Shown: piece after piece, positions 1 through 12,207 of the stretch
Layout of the letters: every line of letters starts with the position of its first letter
How positions within the stretch are numbered: the first letter of the stretch is position 1
NCBI GenBank assembly: GCA_973895155.1
Contig: OZ316898.1
Span: forward strand, 16,289,420-16,353,419
DNA length: 64,000 nucleotides
Direction: 5' to 3'
From: Marsupella aquatica
Taxonomy: Eukaryota > Plantae > Marchantiophyta
Notes under the pieces: generated by a model
The model's database searches: none
What the model saw: only the letters and a program-made list of their open reading frames with translations
What the model was told of the DNA's origin: nothing
Made by a program: the position numbers and the translations under genes

Positions 1-296
1 CTGGGACTGGTTCCCGGGGTGACTTGAAGAGGGGGACATTTCCCCATCCTCTCTATCGGGCGGCGGTAGCGCTACCACTATAAGTATTGGTGCGGGGGCT
101 GCTACAGTGACCATGTTATCCCCTCGGGCTTGTGGGAGTGGTGCTGGGTTGCTCGGCGCATGCTGATTTGCACCTTGCGGCCGCCAGTTCAGGGGAGGGT
201 GAGCCTCCTTGTCTTTGGAACTAATGTTCACCGCGTTTACCATGGATCGCACCCAGAGGGGTGGTGCAACCGGTGGGGAGATCGGCTTGGCTGAGG

Positions 297-803
297 TCAA
301 AGTGGTGTTGGCGCAGGGACCGATGAGTTGGCGCCGGTTGTAGCTAGAGGAGGCACCATAAGATTTAGGAAATCTGCGAGGAAGCTGAGTGAGGTCAGGA
401 TAGGCGTTCCACCCGTGGCTGCGGTACCAAACTCATAGTCTATGGAGGCGTGGACTTTGGCGGGGATATGATCAAAGTGGTGTCGTTGTAAGTTGATCGT
501 GCCTGGGAGTGTGAAGACCTTATCCGAAAGCCAAAGGAGTGCTTCATGGAAACCAACGTACTTTGGGCCGTCAAAGAAGTATTTGGAGATCTCGTCAGGA
601 CGACAGAGCTTGCTCTGGAACGGGAGGTTGAAATCTCTGTTATAGTGAGAGCGCCCGGCCAGACGGATGAGTTGTTTGTACTGCCTTTCAGTTTTGTACC
701 GGCGCAGGTTGACCTTGGCCAGTGACTTTGCTAAATGATTTCTGATGGATAGAAATTGAGGCCAAAACTGAAGGGCAGGACTGGACATAATAGTGGCAGA
801 CAT
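297..803 (-). other. GC-rich ORF of unknown function, probably TE-derived accessory ORF fragment
   Basis: 168-aa ORF with an upstream minus-strand TATAAAA at ~905-911; no recognisable domain. Confidence 0.2.
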
Positions 804-1371
804 ATAGGGAAAGGCGGTGGATGACTAAGTAACAGATGAGTAAGCTGGGATCAAAGCTGGCGTGACGGGTAAAGTGCTGGTGCTTCACAAGAGAATGGCC
901 CGCCTTTTATACCCTGAGAGCTCGTCGGCCGCACGGCCCCTTCCTCCTTTTGATAGGCCGCTCCTTTCACGCTTGCAGTGTACCGGCCACTTCACAGGTC
1001 CGGGTTAGAGCGTGTCAGCGAGCCGCCCCTTTAAGTCTTTATACGGACCCGAGGAGACCTCCCCACACGCCTGAAACCTGGGGGTATGAATGGCGCTCCA
1101 CCGCTGTTCGAGGACCAGTTTAAAGCGGTATTGAAGAAGACTTTTAATGTTTTTAGGGACTCAGATTTATCATGGTATTTTCTTAAGTTGATTTAATCTT
1201 TCTTAACCTTACTCAGTTTCCATTTTTAATACAAAATTTACACTAAGCTATTTTAACTTAAAATGCTAAGTTTCTACTTTCATCTAAATTCAACGCATCA
1301 CTCACATTTCCATAACAATTAAACATTTTTACCACAAGAGCATTTCATCATTTCGATCACATAAAATAATC

Positions 1372-2458
1372 CAAAAGAAGAACCTAGCTTGAGAGACCCA
1401 GATGGGATTGGGCATGTGTTCACTGAGGAGACTCTTGCTCAGATTAGGATAGGAGATGATGGGTTACTTTGGGACGTGGAAAAAGAAAGGTTTAAGGAGA
1501 TAATTAGTAGACATGGGAAAGCTTTTTCCTTTAATTTAGATGAGATTGGTTGTGTTAACCCGAGAGAGGTAACCCCGATGATTATTTTTACAGTACCACA
1601 TATTCCATGGGATTTGAGACCACTTCCGGTTCCACGAGCTCTGATGCCAAAGATTATGGAATTACTTAAAGAGAAGTTGAAGGCCAAGATTCTTGAGCGA
1701 TCTGAAGCCCCATACTCTAATTGGTGGTTTACTGTTAAAAAGAAAAATGGGAAATTGCGTTTCATCCAAGATATGCAACCACCTAATAGGGTGACAATTA
1801 GGAATGTTGGTATTGGACCGGTTGTAGATGAGTTTGCAGAAGAGTTTGCTGGTAGGGCGATTTACTCGATAGGAGACCTTTACTCAAGTTATGATCAATT
1901 CCAGTTGTCTGAGTGTAGTCGAGACATAACAACAATGCAGACACCATTGGGATTGGTCAAGATGTGTACCTTGCCTCAAGGTGCTACAAACTCAGTAGCA
2001 CACATGCAAAACGCCATGAATATGATTCTGAAACGTTTTATTCCTGACAAGACCCGACCCTTCCTTGATGACATACCTATTAAAGGATGTTTAGAACTAA
2101 AGAAAGATGAGACGGTACGAGAGGATAGAATAAGGAATTTTGTTTGGGATCATATGCAGGATGTTGAGGCAATTTTGCAACGCATGATAGAGGCTAGAGT
2201 AACGCTTTCAGGAGAGAAATATGCATTTGGGTTAAAAGAAGTAATGGTAGTGGGACAACATTGTGGGACTTATGGACGAAGTCCTAGTGTAGAGAAAGTC
2301 AATGCTATTAGTAAGTTAGGAGATTGTACTTCGCCTACAGAGGTCAGGAGATTTTTAGGAGCTTGTATATTTTATCGTATTTGGATTCCTCATTTTGCCC
2401 ATACCGCTGAGCCTTTGTATGAGTTGTTGAGAAAAGGATGCAGGTTTTTCTGGACAGA
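1372..2458 (+). mobile_element. Ty3/Gypsy reverse transcriptase fragment (a different family from the 7548-23100 element), truncated by the LINE that follows
   Basis: ORF 1389-2519 has WFTVKKKNGKLRFIQD, DLYSSYDQF, LPQGATNS, FLDDI and EVRRFLGACIFYRIWIPHF...PLYELLRK; RT similarity stops at FFWTE (~2458). Confidence 0.88.
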
Positions 2459-4368
2459 AAGAAACACGGAGCTTGACGAGAGCTTGACGAGAGCTTGGAG
2501 AGCGCACAAAAAGTGCTAACCTGGGCTCACCTGCGGGCGATTGGACCCATTTTTGAGCAGGGATTGAGGTGCGGATCCCTGCTGCAATTGTGGATGGAGC
2601 AACGAGTGATGGCCTACATTTGATAGAATTCATTGTTGTCTGGTCACACTCGGGGAGGGATTGTTACGGTCAACAGAGGTCTCTAGCACTCATTAGGGCA
2701 CACACCTGTGAGGAGGAAGGTCGTTGGGACGTTTGCATTCGTGCTCGCTCTCTTGGCAGGCATTTGAGGTTTAGGAGGGGACCGCGGGATTGGGATTTCC
2801 TGGCCTATCAAAATCAAGGTTGTGATGGGGAAGGCAGGGAAGGATCGGAGCCGGGACAAGTGGGGACAGGAAACATGAGACGGAGCCCATTGGTTCATGA
2901 CAGAAGTTTGGAGCCTGAGCCTTGAATACCGTTGAGTCGAGTTGGCATTTGCGGATTGCAATAGGGAGAACAGCACTGGAAGACAGGGAGGAGCAAAAAG
3001 GGTATAGGTTCATTGGCACGTGGAAGCACTGGATTAGCAACAAGCATGAAGGAGACGGCTGGAGGAGGATACGTCTGCGGGAGGACCGGGAGCGGTCGAC
3101 ACCCTGCTATAGTGGATTGCTAATGAAGGGACAATTTGGCTCTTGAGATGGTATGCAAAGTATCGGGATCTGCCTTCGTGCGATTGAGGTGCTGAACCGC
3201 GATCTCGGAGAAATACCCCGAGAGTGTTTCTTTGGAATCATGGTGTAGTAGGTCACTTTGACTGCAGGATTTATCTCAGCGGTTTTGCGGGTAGCTGAAG
3301 GGAGGGGGAGCCGCAAACGGGAAGTGCGGGGCAGGATTAACAGCGGTAAAGACGGGAGGATCTCCCTCCAAGGGATAGAGTTAACACGGAGAAGGGAGGG
3401 CTGGAAATAGAAGCAATGGACCTGAATGAAAAGGGAACGAACGGTGGCAAAGACTCATTGCAAGTTTGGTGAGAACGTGAATTACGGAGAGAGAACATCG
3501 TCAGGTAAGATTGGAGCATTCCTTGCTGCCTTTGATAATATCCCTGGATCCTGCTAATGCTTACTACAAAATAAGGTCTAGAATGAACATGGAAGAACCT
3601 GCGATCGATTACTATGGCTCGGCTGGTCGGAGGATTTCTCGGGGTGGACGCAAGGAGGGAGGGAGAAACTTGAGTCTGACAAGAGGGTTGTCGGGGAATA
3701 TGAGTGGAGGGAACGAGCTGGAAGATATTGGCACAAAGCCTGACCAGCTGCATTTGGCGGAGGGTGAGGGCCAGGGAATGGATTTTGCTTACTCTGCCCA
3801 AGATGCACGCTCTGGGAGAACCAAAATTGGGAGGACGGTACCCAACACAACTTTTCCCTCCTCAGGTCCTTTCAAGGGAAGGATCAGTGAACAAAACCCT
3901 CCCCCTATGCCAGCCGAATCTCCTATGGAGGTGGAGATGGAAGCACCTCGGATATTGAGAGCCTCCTTGCCAACGACAGATGCAATTGGGGGTTCTAGGC
4001 AGGTGAACGAGAAGGAAGAAGGTGCACAACAGACTGAAGGAGATGCTCAGGAGCCTGCCATTGAGGCGGAGGAATCAGAGGAGTGCATCAAGATCCTGAG
4101 AGGAATAGCGCTCAGATCTAAGGGTAATCTGGATAAGAAACTATATGTGGACTTGGAATGGAATTTTCCAGAAGCAGCGAGGAATGTGAGGCAGTTATAC
4201 AACTGCGCGATGTTGTGTTACTTCACAGGGCGTATCCCCCTTCTATCAGTCTTCAAAGAATGGGTGGAAGAGGTGATGACGATAAGGGAGAACTGGCCGG
4301 TATTATAGATCAAATTTGTAGGGAAGAACTTTTACATGGTGGTATTCGAAAATCCTGACCATCGTGAC
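2459..4368 (+). mobile_element. L1-type LINE, 5' part (5'UTR plus degenerate ORF1), interrupted at 4368 by an LTR
   Basis: AMLCYFTGRIP...FKEWVEE...IKFVGKNFYMVVFENPDHRD resembles the N-terminal RRM-like (DUF4283-type) region of plant LINE ORF1. Several stops; short GAGCTTGACGA repeats at the 5' end. Confidence 0.65.
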
Positions 4369-7300
4369 TGTGGTGCGTCCCATGGCTCCCCAAACCCAAC
4401 AAAACCCCCCGCACAAGCCGATTCCTGCAGGTTTCATGCTCGGCGAGGCCGTTTCCGCGGCTTAGCGGCATGGGACGCTGCTAACCTCCTTCTACTACTT
4501 CTATTAACATTTTACACACATATACTGGACAGATCCTTCATCGGGTCATGAGATATGCAGTCGGCCTAATCTAGGCCTTCTGTTGTCTTTCCCTCCTGTT
4601 GGTTAGGTATATTTGGATTCCGCCGCCAGAATGATCCCCAATTGGTTTGGTTAAGCCGCTAAGACCTCTCTCAGCTCGACACATCCAACTCTTACTCCCT
4701 TGCTTACTTCCCTTCTACTTGTTGATGTGGGCACTCTTCACACAAGTTAATGCAACACACAAATAGCAAAATGACTCCTTCTGACTGAGTTATACCATGC
4801 ACTTGCAATACAAACAGTACATCTCATACACAAGCTCTGCGAACTAAGCCGTGAGGCCAACTCTATTCAGTTCTTAGGTATGAGGAAACATGAATATACA
4901 CAAGGGTCACTGTATAACTAACCGAGAGCTTCTCTTACTACTTGATCTCAGCCCTGCTGGTGCAACTAAAAACTTGCTAAAGAAGAGACCCTAAACTCCC
5001 CGCAGCCCAGGTACTTATCCTGGTTGTGGATCCGCCTGATTCCTTGCAGCGTAAGCCTAATCTACCTACTGTAATCTACCTAACTGTAATCTACCTATGT
5101 ACAACGAGGCAGGAGCACAAGTGTCGCCCTCACCCGTGGATCCAAAATCCCACTAATCTAAGTGTCAGGGCCGTCTCCTGGTCCTGATCATAAGTCTAAA
5201 CTTGGAGATTAGCGCCCGCCCTGCCCACTCACGCCTCCTACCTCCATGTCCGCCCTCCCTAAAAGAGACGGCGCCCTTACACCATCACGACACCGGTGGC
5301 TGGTCCTCAATGGACGCCCCCAACGCTTCCTCCGTAGCCATTGCCGTTGGTCCGTCCTTTGACAGATTACCTACCCTTGACCGAGTCAACTCTTCATCGG
5401 CCTGACTGGGTCCACCCTCGGCTTCCGCCTCAGCATCGGTCACCGCCCCCGATACGGCTACGGCCTCCCCGGCATGTTCTAGTGGAGGATCCAGTACCTC
5501 GACAGCATTACTGGTTCTCCCGGCCTCGGCCTTGCCATCTCCACTTCCTAGGACTGGTGGATCCACCGCCGTGCCGATGTCGGAGATTGGTGTCGGGTTT
5601 ATCTTCTCGGTCACAATGGCTTGAGAAGCCGTATAACTCCCAGACCTAAAAGGTTTCCGTTTCTTCTTCTTCCCTATTTTGACAGCCGGTTCCTTCCCCT
5701 TGCCACTTACCTCCGGCACCGGGGTGAGTGTTTTGGCTTGTCCTGTGGCCAATACTACCCCTGGTAACTGGGTTGCCCCAATTGGAGTTGGACCTGATGA
5801 AGCCAAGCATTTAAATACTGCGGCTTGTGTCTTCAGCCGCTCCGTTTGGTTGTCGGCCCGCCGTTGTAGGTTCTCCATCTTCCTCGTGATTTCCTCCAAC
5901 TCCTCCTGGGTCTCGTCCAGGTCCTTGCGCGCCTCCTCCAGCTCCTTATTGGCTTCCTCCAATTCTTTCTTTAAGGTAGCTCTCTCCTCCTGGGTTTCTC
6001 TTAGCTCCTTGTCGAGCTCTGCTACGACCACAGACTCCATCTTATTCATCTTGGCATAAGTCTGGTCGAGCTGGTCGTCCTTTTCATGCAGGTCGGCCTT
6101 GAAGTTGGCCGTCAGGGATGCAAGCTCTTGCTGCAGTGCAATAATCCATTGATAGGATTTCCCTAACTCTGCTTCCTTCTGCTCAAGGGCTCCGCGGATA
6201 TCTTCGAGCTCTCCTTTCAACGCCCTCTCCCTTCTATGGTTCTTCGCCATGGCCCGATTGTTGGTTGCTAAGTGGGCATCCTCTGCATCCCTTAGCTCCC
6301 GCCTCCATTTCTCTCTTTTCTTGACTACGCCGGCCAACTCTCCTTGGGTCCGAGTCAGTTTATCTTTGATAATCTGATTATCAGACTGAGCGGTATCCAA
6401 CTGCCCCTGCATGATGTTTAGCTCATGCCACTTAATTCGCAGCTCATCTTGGGCTTTCTTGGCCACCTGCAGGACTTCCGCCTCGGCTTCCTTCTCCCTA
6501 AGCCGTCGGATGACCTCATCCTTCTTGCTTCTCTCCAAAGCCACCGCTTCTTCTAATCGGTGCTTTTCCAACATCTCCCTCTGGAAAAAGGGTCCTTGCT
6601 CTAACTCCTCCCCAAAGATGCTGAGCGCCAGGTCCCCACACATCTCCCCGTACTCCATGGCTCTATCCTCAGCATAGGTGGAGTAACTAGAAGTCATCGG
6701 CATCAACCACCGCGGCCTCTGCTCCCAAGCCGCCTTGTGGATTTCTTCTACGGTGGCAAGAGGGTTGCTTCTTGTTTTGGCAAGCCGCCTGATGTCCTCC
6801 GGCCAATCTCCTCCTGGTAAATCTTTCTCCCTAGCCAGGGCTGCTTTCTCTTCCTCCCTAAGTCGCTCCTAAAATTCTTGTGCCGTCTGCTTTATGCCGT
6901 CAAAGCTTGGGGGAGCAATCTTTGGTGGGGGAGACTCGGGGCTACTCTGCTGGGTGGGGTCCCCTCAAACTACTCTTGGAAGCGTGTGGATAAATCGACC
7001 ACAGGTCCTTACTCCTGGAACATGATGATCCGACCCATAGCCGGAGTTATCATTGCTATAGTCCTCCACCGCCTCCTCCACTACTTGGACTCCCGGCTTC
7101 TCCCTTTGTTCCCCTGGTCCTATCGTGAAAACGGCCTTACAGATCATGGGCTTTGGTTCTGGTTTCCAGGCTATCGTCTCCCTCTGCTCTTCGCGGGAAG
7201 GAGCCTTAGGTTGCTCTGCCTCTGATTCGGGGCTTGAGACTCCCACGTACATTCGCACTCCCGACTTGTGTTCCGGCCTAAATCTCTCCTTGGTTCCGGT

Positions 7301-7547
7301 AAAGGGGTCTTCCCTTCTGAGTCGGCTTAGGCCGACCTCTGGGGCAGCGTCTTGTATCGGTGCCGTTGTCGTTGCCGTTGCTGGAACCGGTGCCATTCTC
7401 TTTTCCTTCTCCAGCAATTTCAGCAGATTTTGCATGCCTGGTTGCTGGATCGGCAAGTCTTCTTTCCTTGGCCTAAACACCTGCTCGATCGTCGGACTGT
7501 CGGGCTGGTTGGGCTTCTCTGGTGCCAGCCCCTGCTCCGGAACCTCC
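4369..7547 (-). mobile_element. Truncated, diverged copy of the family-1 giant LTR (3' 3.18 kb), interrupted by the younger element
   Basis: Begins TGTGGTGCGTCCCATGGCTCC like 7548, 18432 and 45681. Carries decayed ORF pieces (6965-7480, 5285-6706) with stops at 6965-6967 and 6869-6871. Confidence 0.92.
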
Positions 7548-10500
7548 TGTGGTGCGTCCCATGGCTCCCTAAACCCAAGAAACCCCCCAGCTCAAGCCGA
7601 TTCCCGCAGGTTTCGTGCTTGGCGAGGCCGTTTCCGCGGCTTAGCGGCATGGGACGCTGCTAACCTTCTACTACTACTATTAACATTTTACACACATATA
7701 CTGGACAGATCCTTCATCGGGTCATGAGATACGTAGCCGGCCTAATATAGGCCTTCCCCTGTCTTCCCCTGTCTTCCCCTCCGTCTTGTTAGGTATGTTT
7801 GGATTCCGCCGCCGGAATGATCCCCAATAGGCTTGGTTAAGCCGCTAAGACCTCTCTTAGCTCGACACATCCAACTCTCACTCCCCTGCTTACTTTCCTT
7901 CCTTCTGTTGATGTGGGCACTCTTCACACAAGTTAATGCAACACACAAATAGCAAAATGACTCATTCTGACTGAGTCATACCATGCACTTGCCATACAAA
8001 CAGTACATCTCATACACAAGTTCTGCGAACTAAGCCGTGAGGCCAACTCTATTCAGCTCTTAGGCATGAGGAAACATGAATATACACAAGGGTCACTGTA
8101 TGACTAACCGAGAGCTTCTCGTACTACTTGATCCCAGCCCGGCTGGTGCAAACTAAAAACTTGCTAAAGAAGAGGCCCTGAGCTCCCCGCTGCCCAGGTA
8201 CTTATCCTGGTAGTGGATTTGCCATTCTTTGCATCGTAAGCCTAATCTACTTAACAGTAATCTACTTGCCCGAATCTACCTACGTACAGCAAGGCAGGAG
8301 CACAAGTGTTGCTCCTACCAGTGGGACCGCAATCCCACTAAGCTAAGTGTCAGGGCCGCTCCTGGTTCTGATCCTAATCCTAAATGTGGAGATCCGCGCC
8401 CGCCCTGCCCACTCACGCCTCCTCCCTCCACGTCCGCCCTCCCTAAAAGGAACGGCGCCCTTGCACCGTCACGACACCGGTGGTGGATCCTTAATGGACG
8501 CCCCCAACGCTTCCTCCTCAGCCACTGCCGTAGGCTCATTCCCTGACAGATTACCTGCCCTTGACTGAGTCAACTCTCCATCGGCCTGACTGGGTCCACC
8601 ATCGGCGTCGGCATCGGCTCGAGAATCGGTTACGGCCTCAGCCTCGGCTACGGTCTCCCCGGCCTCCTCAAGAGGCGGATCTGGAATACTGGCCTCCTTA
8701 CTGAGTAGTTCGGCTTGGGCCGCACCATCCCTACCTGTGATCATAGCGGGATCTATTGCCGTATTCATGTCGGAGGATGGTGCTGGTTCTACCTCTTTGG
8801 TCACCACGGCTTGTGGAGTCGGATTACTCCTTGACCCTGAAGGTTTCCGCTTTTTCTTCTTTTCTGGTTCGGCAGCTGGTCCCTTCCCCTTCCCACTTAC
8901 CTCCGGCACTGGTGCAGTTGGCGCGGCTTTTTCTTCGGCCAGTACCACTCCTGGTAACTTGGTTGCCCCAATTGGAGTTGGGCCTGATGAAGACAAGCAC
9001 CTAAATACTGCGGCTTGTTTCTTCAACCGCTCCGTTTGGTTGTCGGCCCGCCGCTGGAGGTTCTCCATCTTCCTCGTGATTTCCTCCAACTCCTCCTGGG
9101 TCTCATCCAGGTCCTTGCGTGCCTCCTCTAGTTCCTTCTGGGCTTCCTCCCGTTCTTGTTTCAAGGTAGTCCTCTCCTCCTGGGTTGCTTTTAGCTCCTT
9201 GTCGAGCTCTGCAATGATGACAGACTCCATCTGGTTCATCTTGGCGTAAGTCTGTTCGAGCATCTCGTCCTTCTCCCTTAGGTCGGCCTTGAAGCTGGCC
9301 GTCAGGGACGCAAGCTCCTGCTGCAGCGCCATAATCCCTTGATAGGATTTCCCTAACTCGGCCTCCTTCTGCTCAAGGGCTCCGCGGATTTTCTCGAGCT
9401 CCCCTTTCAACGCCCATTCCTTTCTTTGGGTCTCCGCCATGGCCCGGCTGTTGGCTGTTATGTGGGCCTCCTCTGTATTCTTCAGCTCTTGCTTCCACTT
9501 CTCCCTCTCTTTGATCGTGTCGGCCAACTCTTCCTGCGTCTGAGTCAGTTTATCCTTGATATTCTGATTATCAGCCTGCGCGGTGTCCAACTGCCCCTGC
9601 ATGATGTTCAGCTCATGTCGTTTAATCCGTAGTTCATCTTGGGCTTTCTTGGCCGCCCTTAGATCTTCCATCTCGGCTTCCATCCTCCTAAGCCGCCGAA
9701 TGACCTCGTCCTTCTTGCTTCTCTCTAAAGCCACCGCTTCTTCTAATTGGTGCTTCTCCAACTGCTCCCTATGGAAAAAGGGTCCTACTTCCAACTCCTC
9801 TCCAAAGATGCCAAGCGCAAGTTCCCCACACATCTCACCATACTCCATGGCTCTATTCTTAGCGTAGGTGGAGTAAGTAGACATCGCCCATCGCGGCCTC
9901 TGCTCCCAAGCCGTCCTGCGGATCTCTTCAATCGTGGCTAGAGGTTTGCTTCCTTTTTTGGCTAGCCGCCTGATGTCCTCCGGCCAATCTCCTCCTGGTA
10001 AATCCTTTTCCTTAGCCAGGGCGGCCTCCTCCTCCTGCTTGATTCGCTCCTGAAATTCCTGCACCGTCTGTTTTATGCCGTCGAAGCTCGGGGGAGCAAC
10101 ATCTGGTGGGGGAGACTCAGGGCTACTCTGCTGGTTGGGGTCCCCTCGCACTACCCTTGGAAGTGTGGGGACAAACCGGCCACAGGTCCTTACTCCTAGA
10201 ACGTGATGGTCCGACCCATAGCCGGAATTATCATGGCTGCAGTCCTCCACTGCCTCCTCTACCTCTTGGACGTCCGGCTTCTCCCTCTCCTCTTCGTCGG
10301 TAGGAGCTTCAGGCAATTCTGCCTCAGATTCGGAGCTTGAGGTTCCCACGTACATTCGAACACCTGGCTTGGATTCCGGCCTGATTCTCTCCTTGTCTCC
10401 AGCAAAGGGGTTTTCTCTTGTGAGCCGGTGTAGGCCTACCTCTGTAGTAGTGTCCTGCATTGTTGCCGTTGCCGTTGTTGTTGCCGATGCCGATTTCTTT

Positions 10501-12207
10501 TCTTTCTTCAGTAGTTTCAGCAGACTCTGCATGCCTGGTTGCTGCATCGGCAAGTCTTCCTTCCTGGGCCTAAACACCTGCTCGATCGTAGGACTAACAG
10601 GTGGTTGAGGCTTCTCAGCCAACGGCCTCGGCGTTGGAGCTTCCTCGGGTGCCCTTACCTGCAGGGGAAGTACCGGGGCAAAAGTCTGACCTCTGGCATA
10701 CCGGCACAACAGCGGCATGTGATAGCCCAGCCGCGACACGCTCCCCATGCCGATTACCTGCTGCTCCTCCTTTAAGATCTTCTTCAATTGGTTGAGGAGG
10801 TACCCGTTGTAGTCCCGGCTTGGGTCTGGCCTTTCTGCCAGATAGACCTGTGCCTTGCCGATCTCTGCCCTCGGCAAGTTACAATGCATGGTCACCCGCA
10901 AGAAGTCGATCATCTCTCCTATGTGCGGGTTGGTGCAGGTGTTCCGGAAGAAGCCATTCTTCGTTGATGGCCCGGGGAACGACCGGAACTCCTTGTCAGG
11001 CAAGGTCTTCCTGGTATCAACTTTGGTCTTATTGCCTATCGGCAGGCCAAACACTTCGGCAATTACCTTGGGAGTAAGATAGAAATCCTTCCCATATATC
11101 CTCGTGCAATTGGTCTCGGGTTCCCATGACCCCACGAATTCTAATAGGTCTGACTCCGGTACCTCCGGCTTCAGCCATGGTAATCTTACAAAGGCCTCCA
11201 AGCCGGATCCGGCCATGAAGCCTTGGTATCTCTTGGTCCGCATGGCCGTAAAGCATGCATCCTCCTCCCGTGCAAAATGTAGTTGCACCTCCACCGGTAG
11301 GGTTGCCGCCCAGCCTTTCCAGGTGTCATCCCTGGTTGGAATGGCCTTGATGGGATCGACCTCCTCCTCTTCGGCTTCTCCCTGCCTCCTGCTCTGCTGC
11401 TCGGCTGGCTTCTTTGGTGCCGCCGACCTCGTTCTTTTTGCCGGGGTGGCTTCATCGTTGACGGCTCCCTTCCTCTTCATCTCTGCTGCCGTGGAGGTTT
11501 CTCCTAGCACCGTTGCCTGGGTCCACCTTTCCGTGCTACCCTTTAATTCCTAGTGTATGTCGTTGCAGTTCTTGATGGCCTCTCGGATGCCGACGACGCT
11601 GTCTTTGCAAAACAGAAGATCGTCGAGTTGATTGGAAGTAGGCGTCCACAGGAACTCGTCCTTGATGAGTTCGCCTCCTAAGAAAGCCGTCTTTTGCAGC
11701 TCCCACAATCGAGCGAGCTCCTGCCATTCTCGAGTTGCCCTTTCTGATTCCTCGTCCTCGTAAGTCTTGATGTACTCAGTTGCCCATTCGAACAGGCATC
11801 CCCAGAAATGTGCCGCTTGATTGACGTTGCTCATACCCTCCTTAGGTCGATCGTCGGTATCTACTCTCTCCCCGAGTGCTTGCCTAAGCAGCTGACAGTA
11901 GTTGGCCTCCCGTAGTCGTCTGCCTAGTTCGTGCTCGCAAATGAGCCACCATCTCCTGCAAGCGCTCCTTACCCCTCCCCTCTGCCGGTCCTTCTTCCCG
12001 TTGATCCTTCCTAGCCGCCGACGCTTAACGCGCCCTAACCCTAATCGGGTTTTCACCCTCAGCCTTACCTCCGGCCTCTGCCCGGGTTCCATGGTTGCCC
12101 CTAATTGTTTATATTTTCCTTGTTTTGTCCATATACTAAGGTGTTCCTAGGGTGCCTTCCTGCTTTACCCACTTAACCGGCCGAGTGATTCCTGTCTAGG
12201 CATCACA
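7548..12207 (-). repeat. 3' LTR (4660 bp)
   Basis: Minus strand reads TGTGATGCC...GCACCACA; preceded by the PPT; matches 18432-23100 apart from ~35 substitutions (counted by eye) and a 9-bp indel. Confidence 0.95.
8469..12092 (-). pseudogene. LTR-encoded accessory ORF (globular domain plus long coiled coil), one in-frame TAG at 11550-11552
   Basis: ATG in a GCAACCATGG context at 12092. ORFs 11550-12092 and 8469-11510 are in frame, and the other LTR has TGG at the stop position. Confidence 0.85.

Noticed and set aside
8469-11510. Long coiled-coil ORFs as host myosin/SMC/tropomyosin-like genes
   Set aside because: Intronless, repeated four times and always inside TG..CA LTR boundaries; no motor or ATPase motifs.
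12033-12045. CCCTAACCCTAA as a telomeric repeat
   Set aside because: Only two units, within coding sequence (RLGLG).
8469-12092. LTR ORF as an envelope glycoprotein
   Set aside because: No visible signal peptide or transmembrane segment; has NLS-like basic clusters instead.
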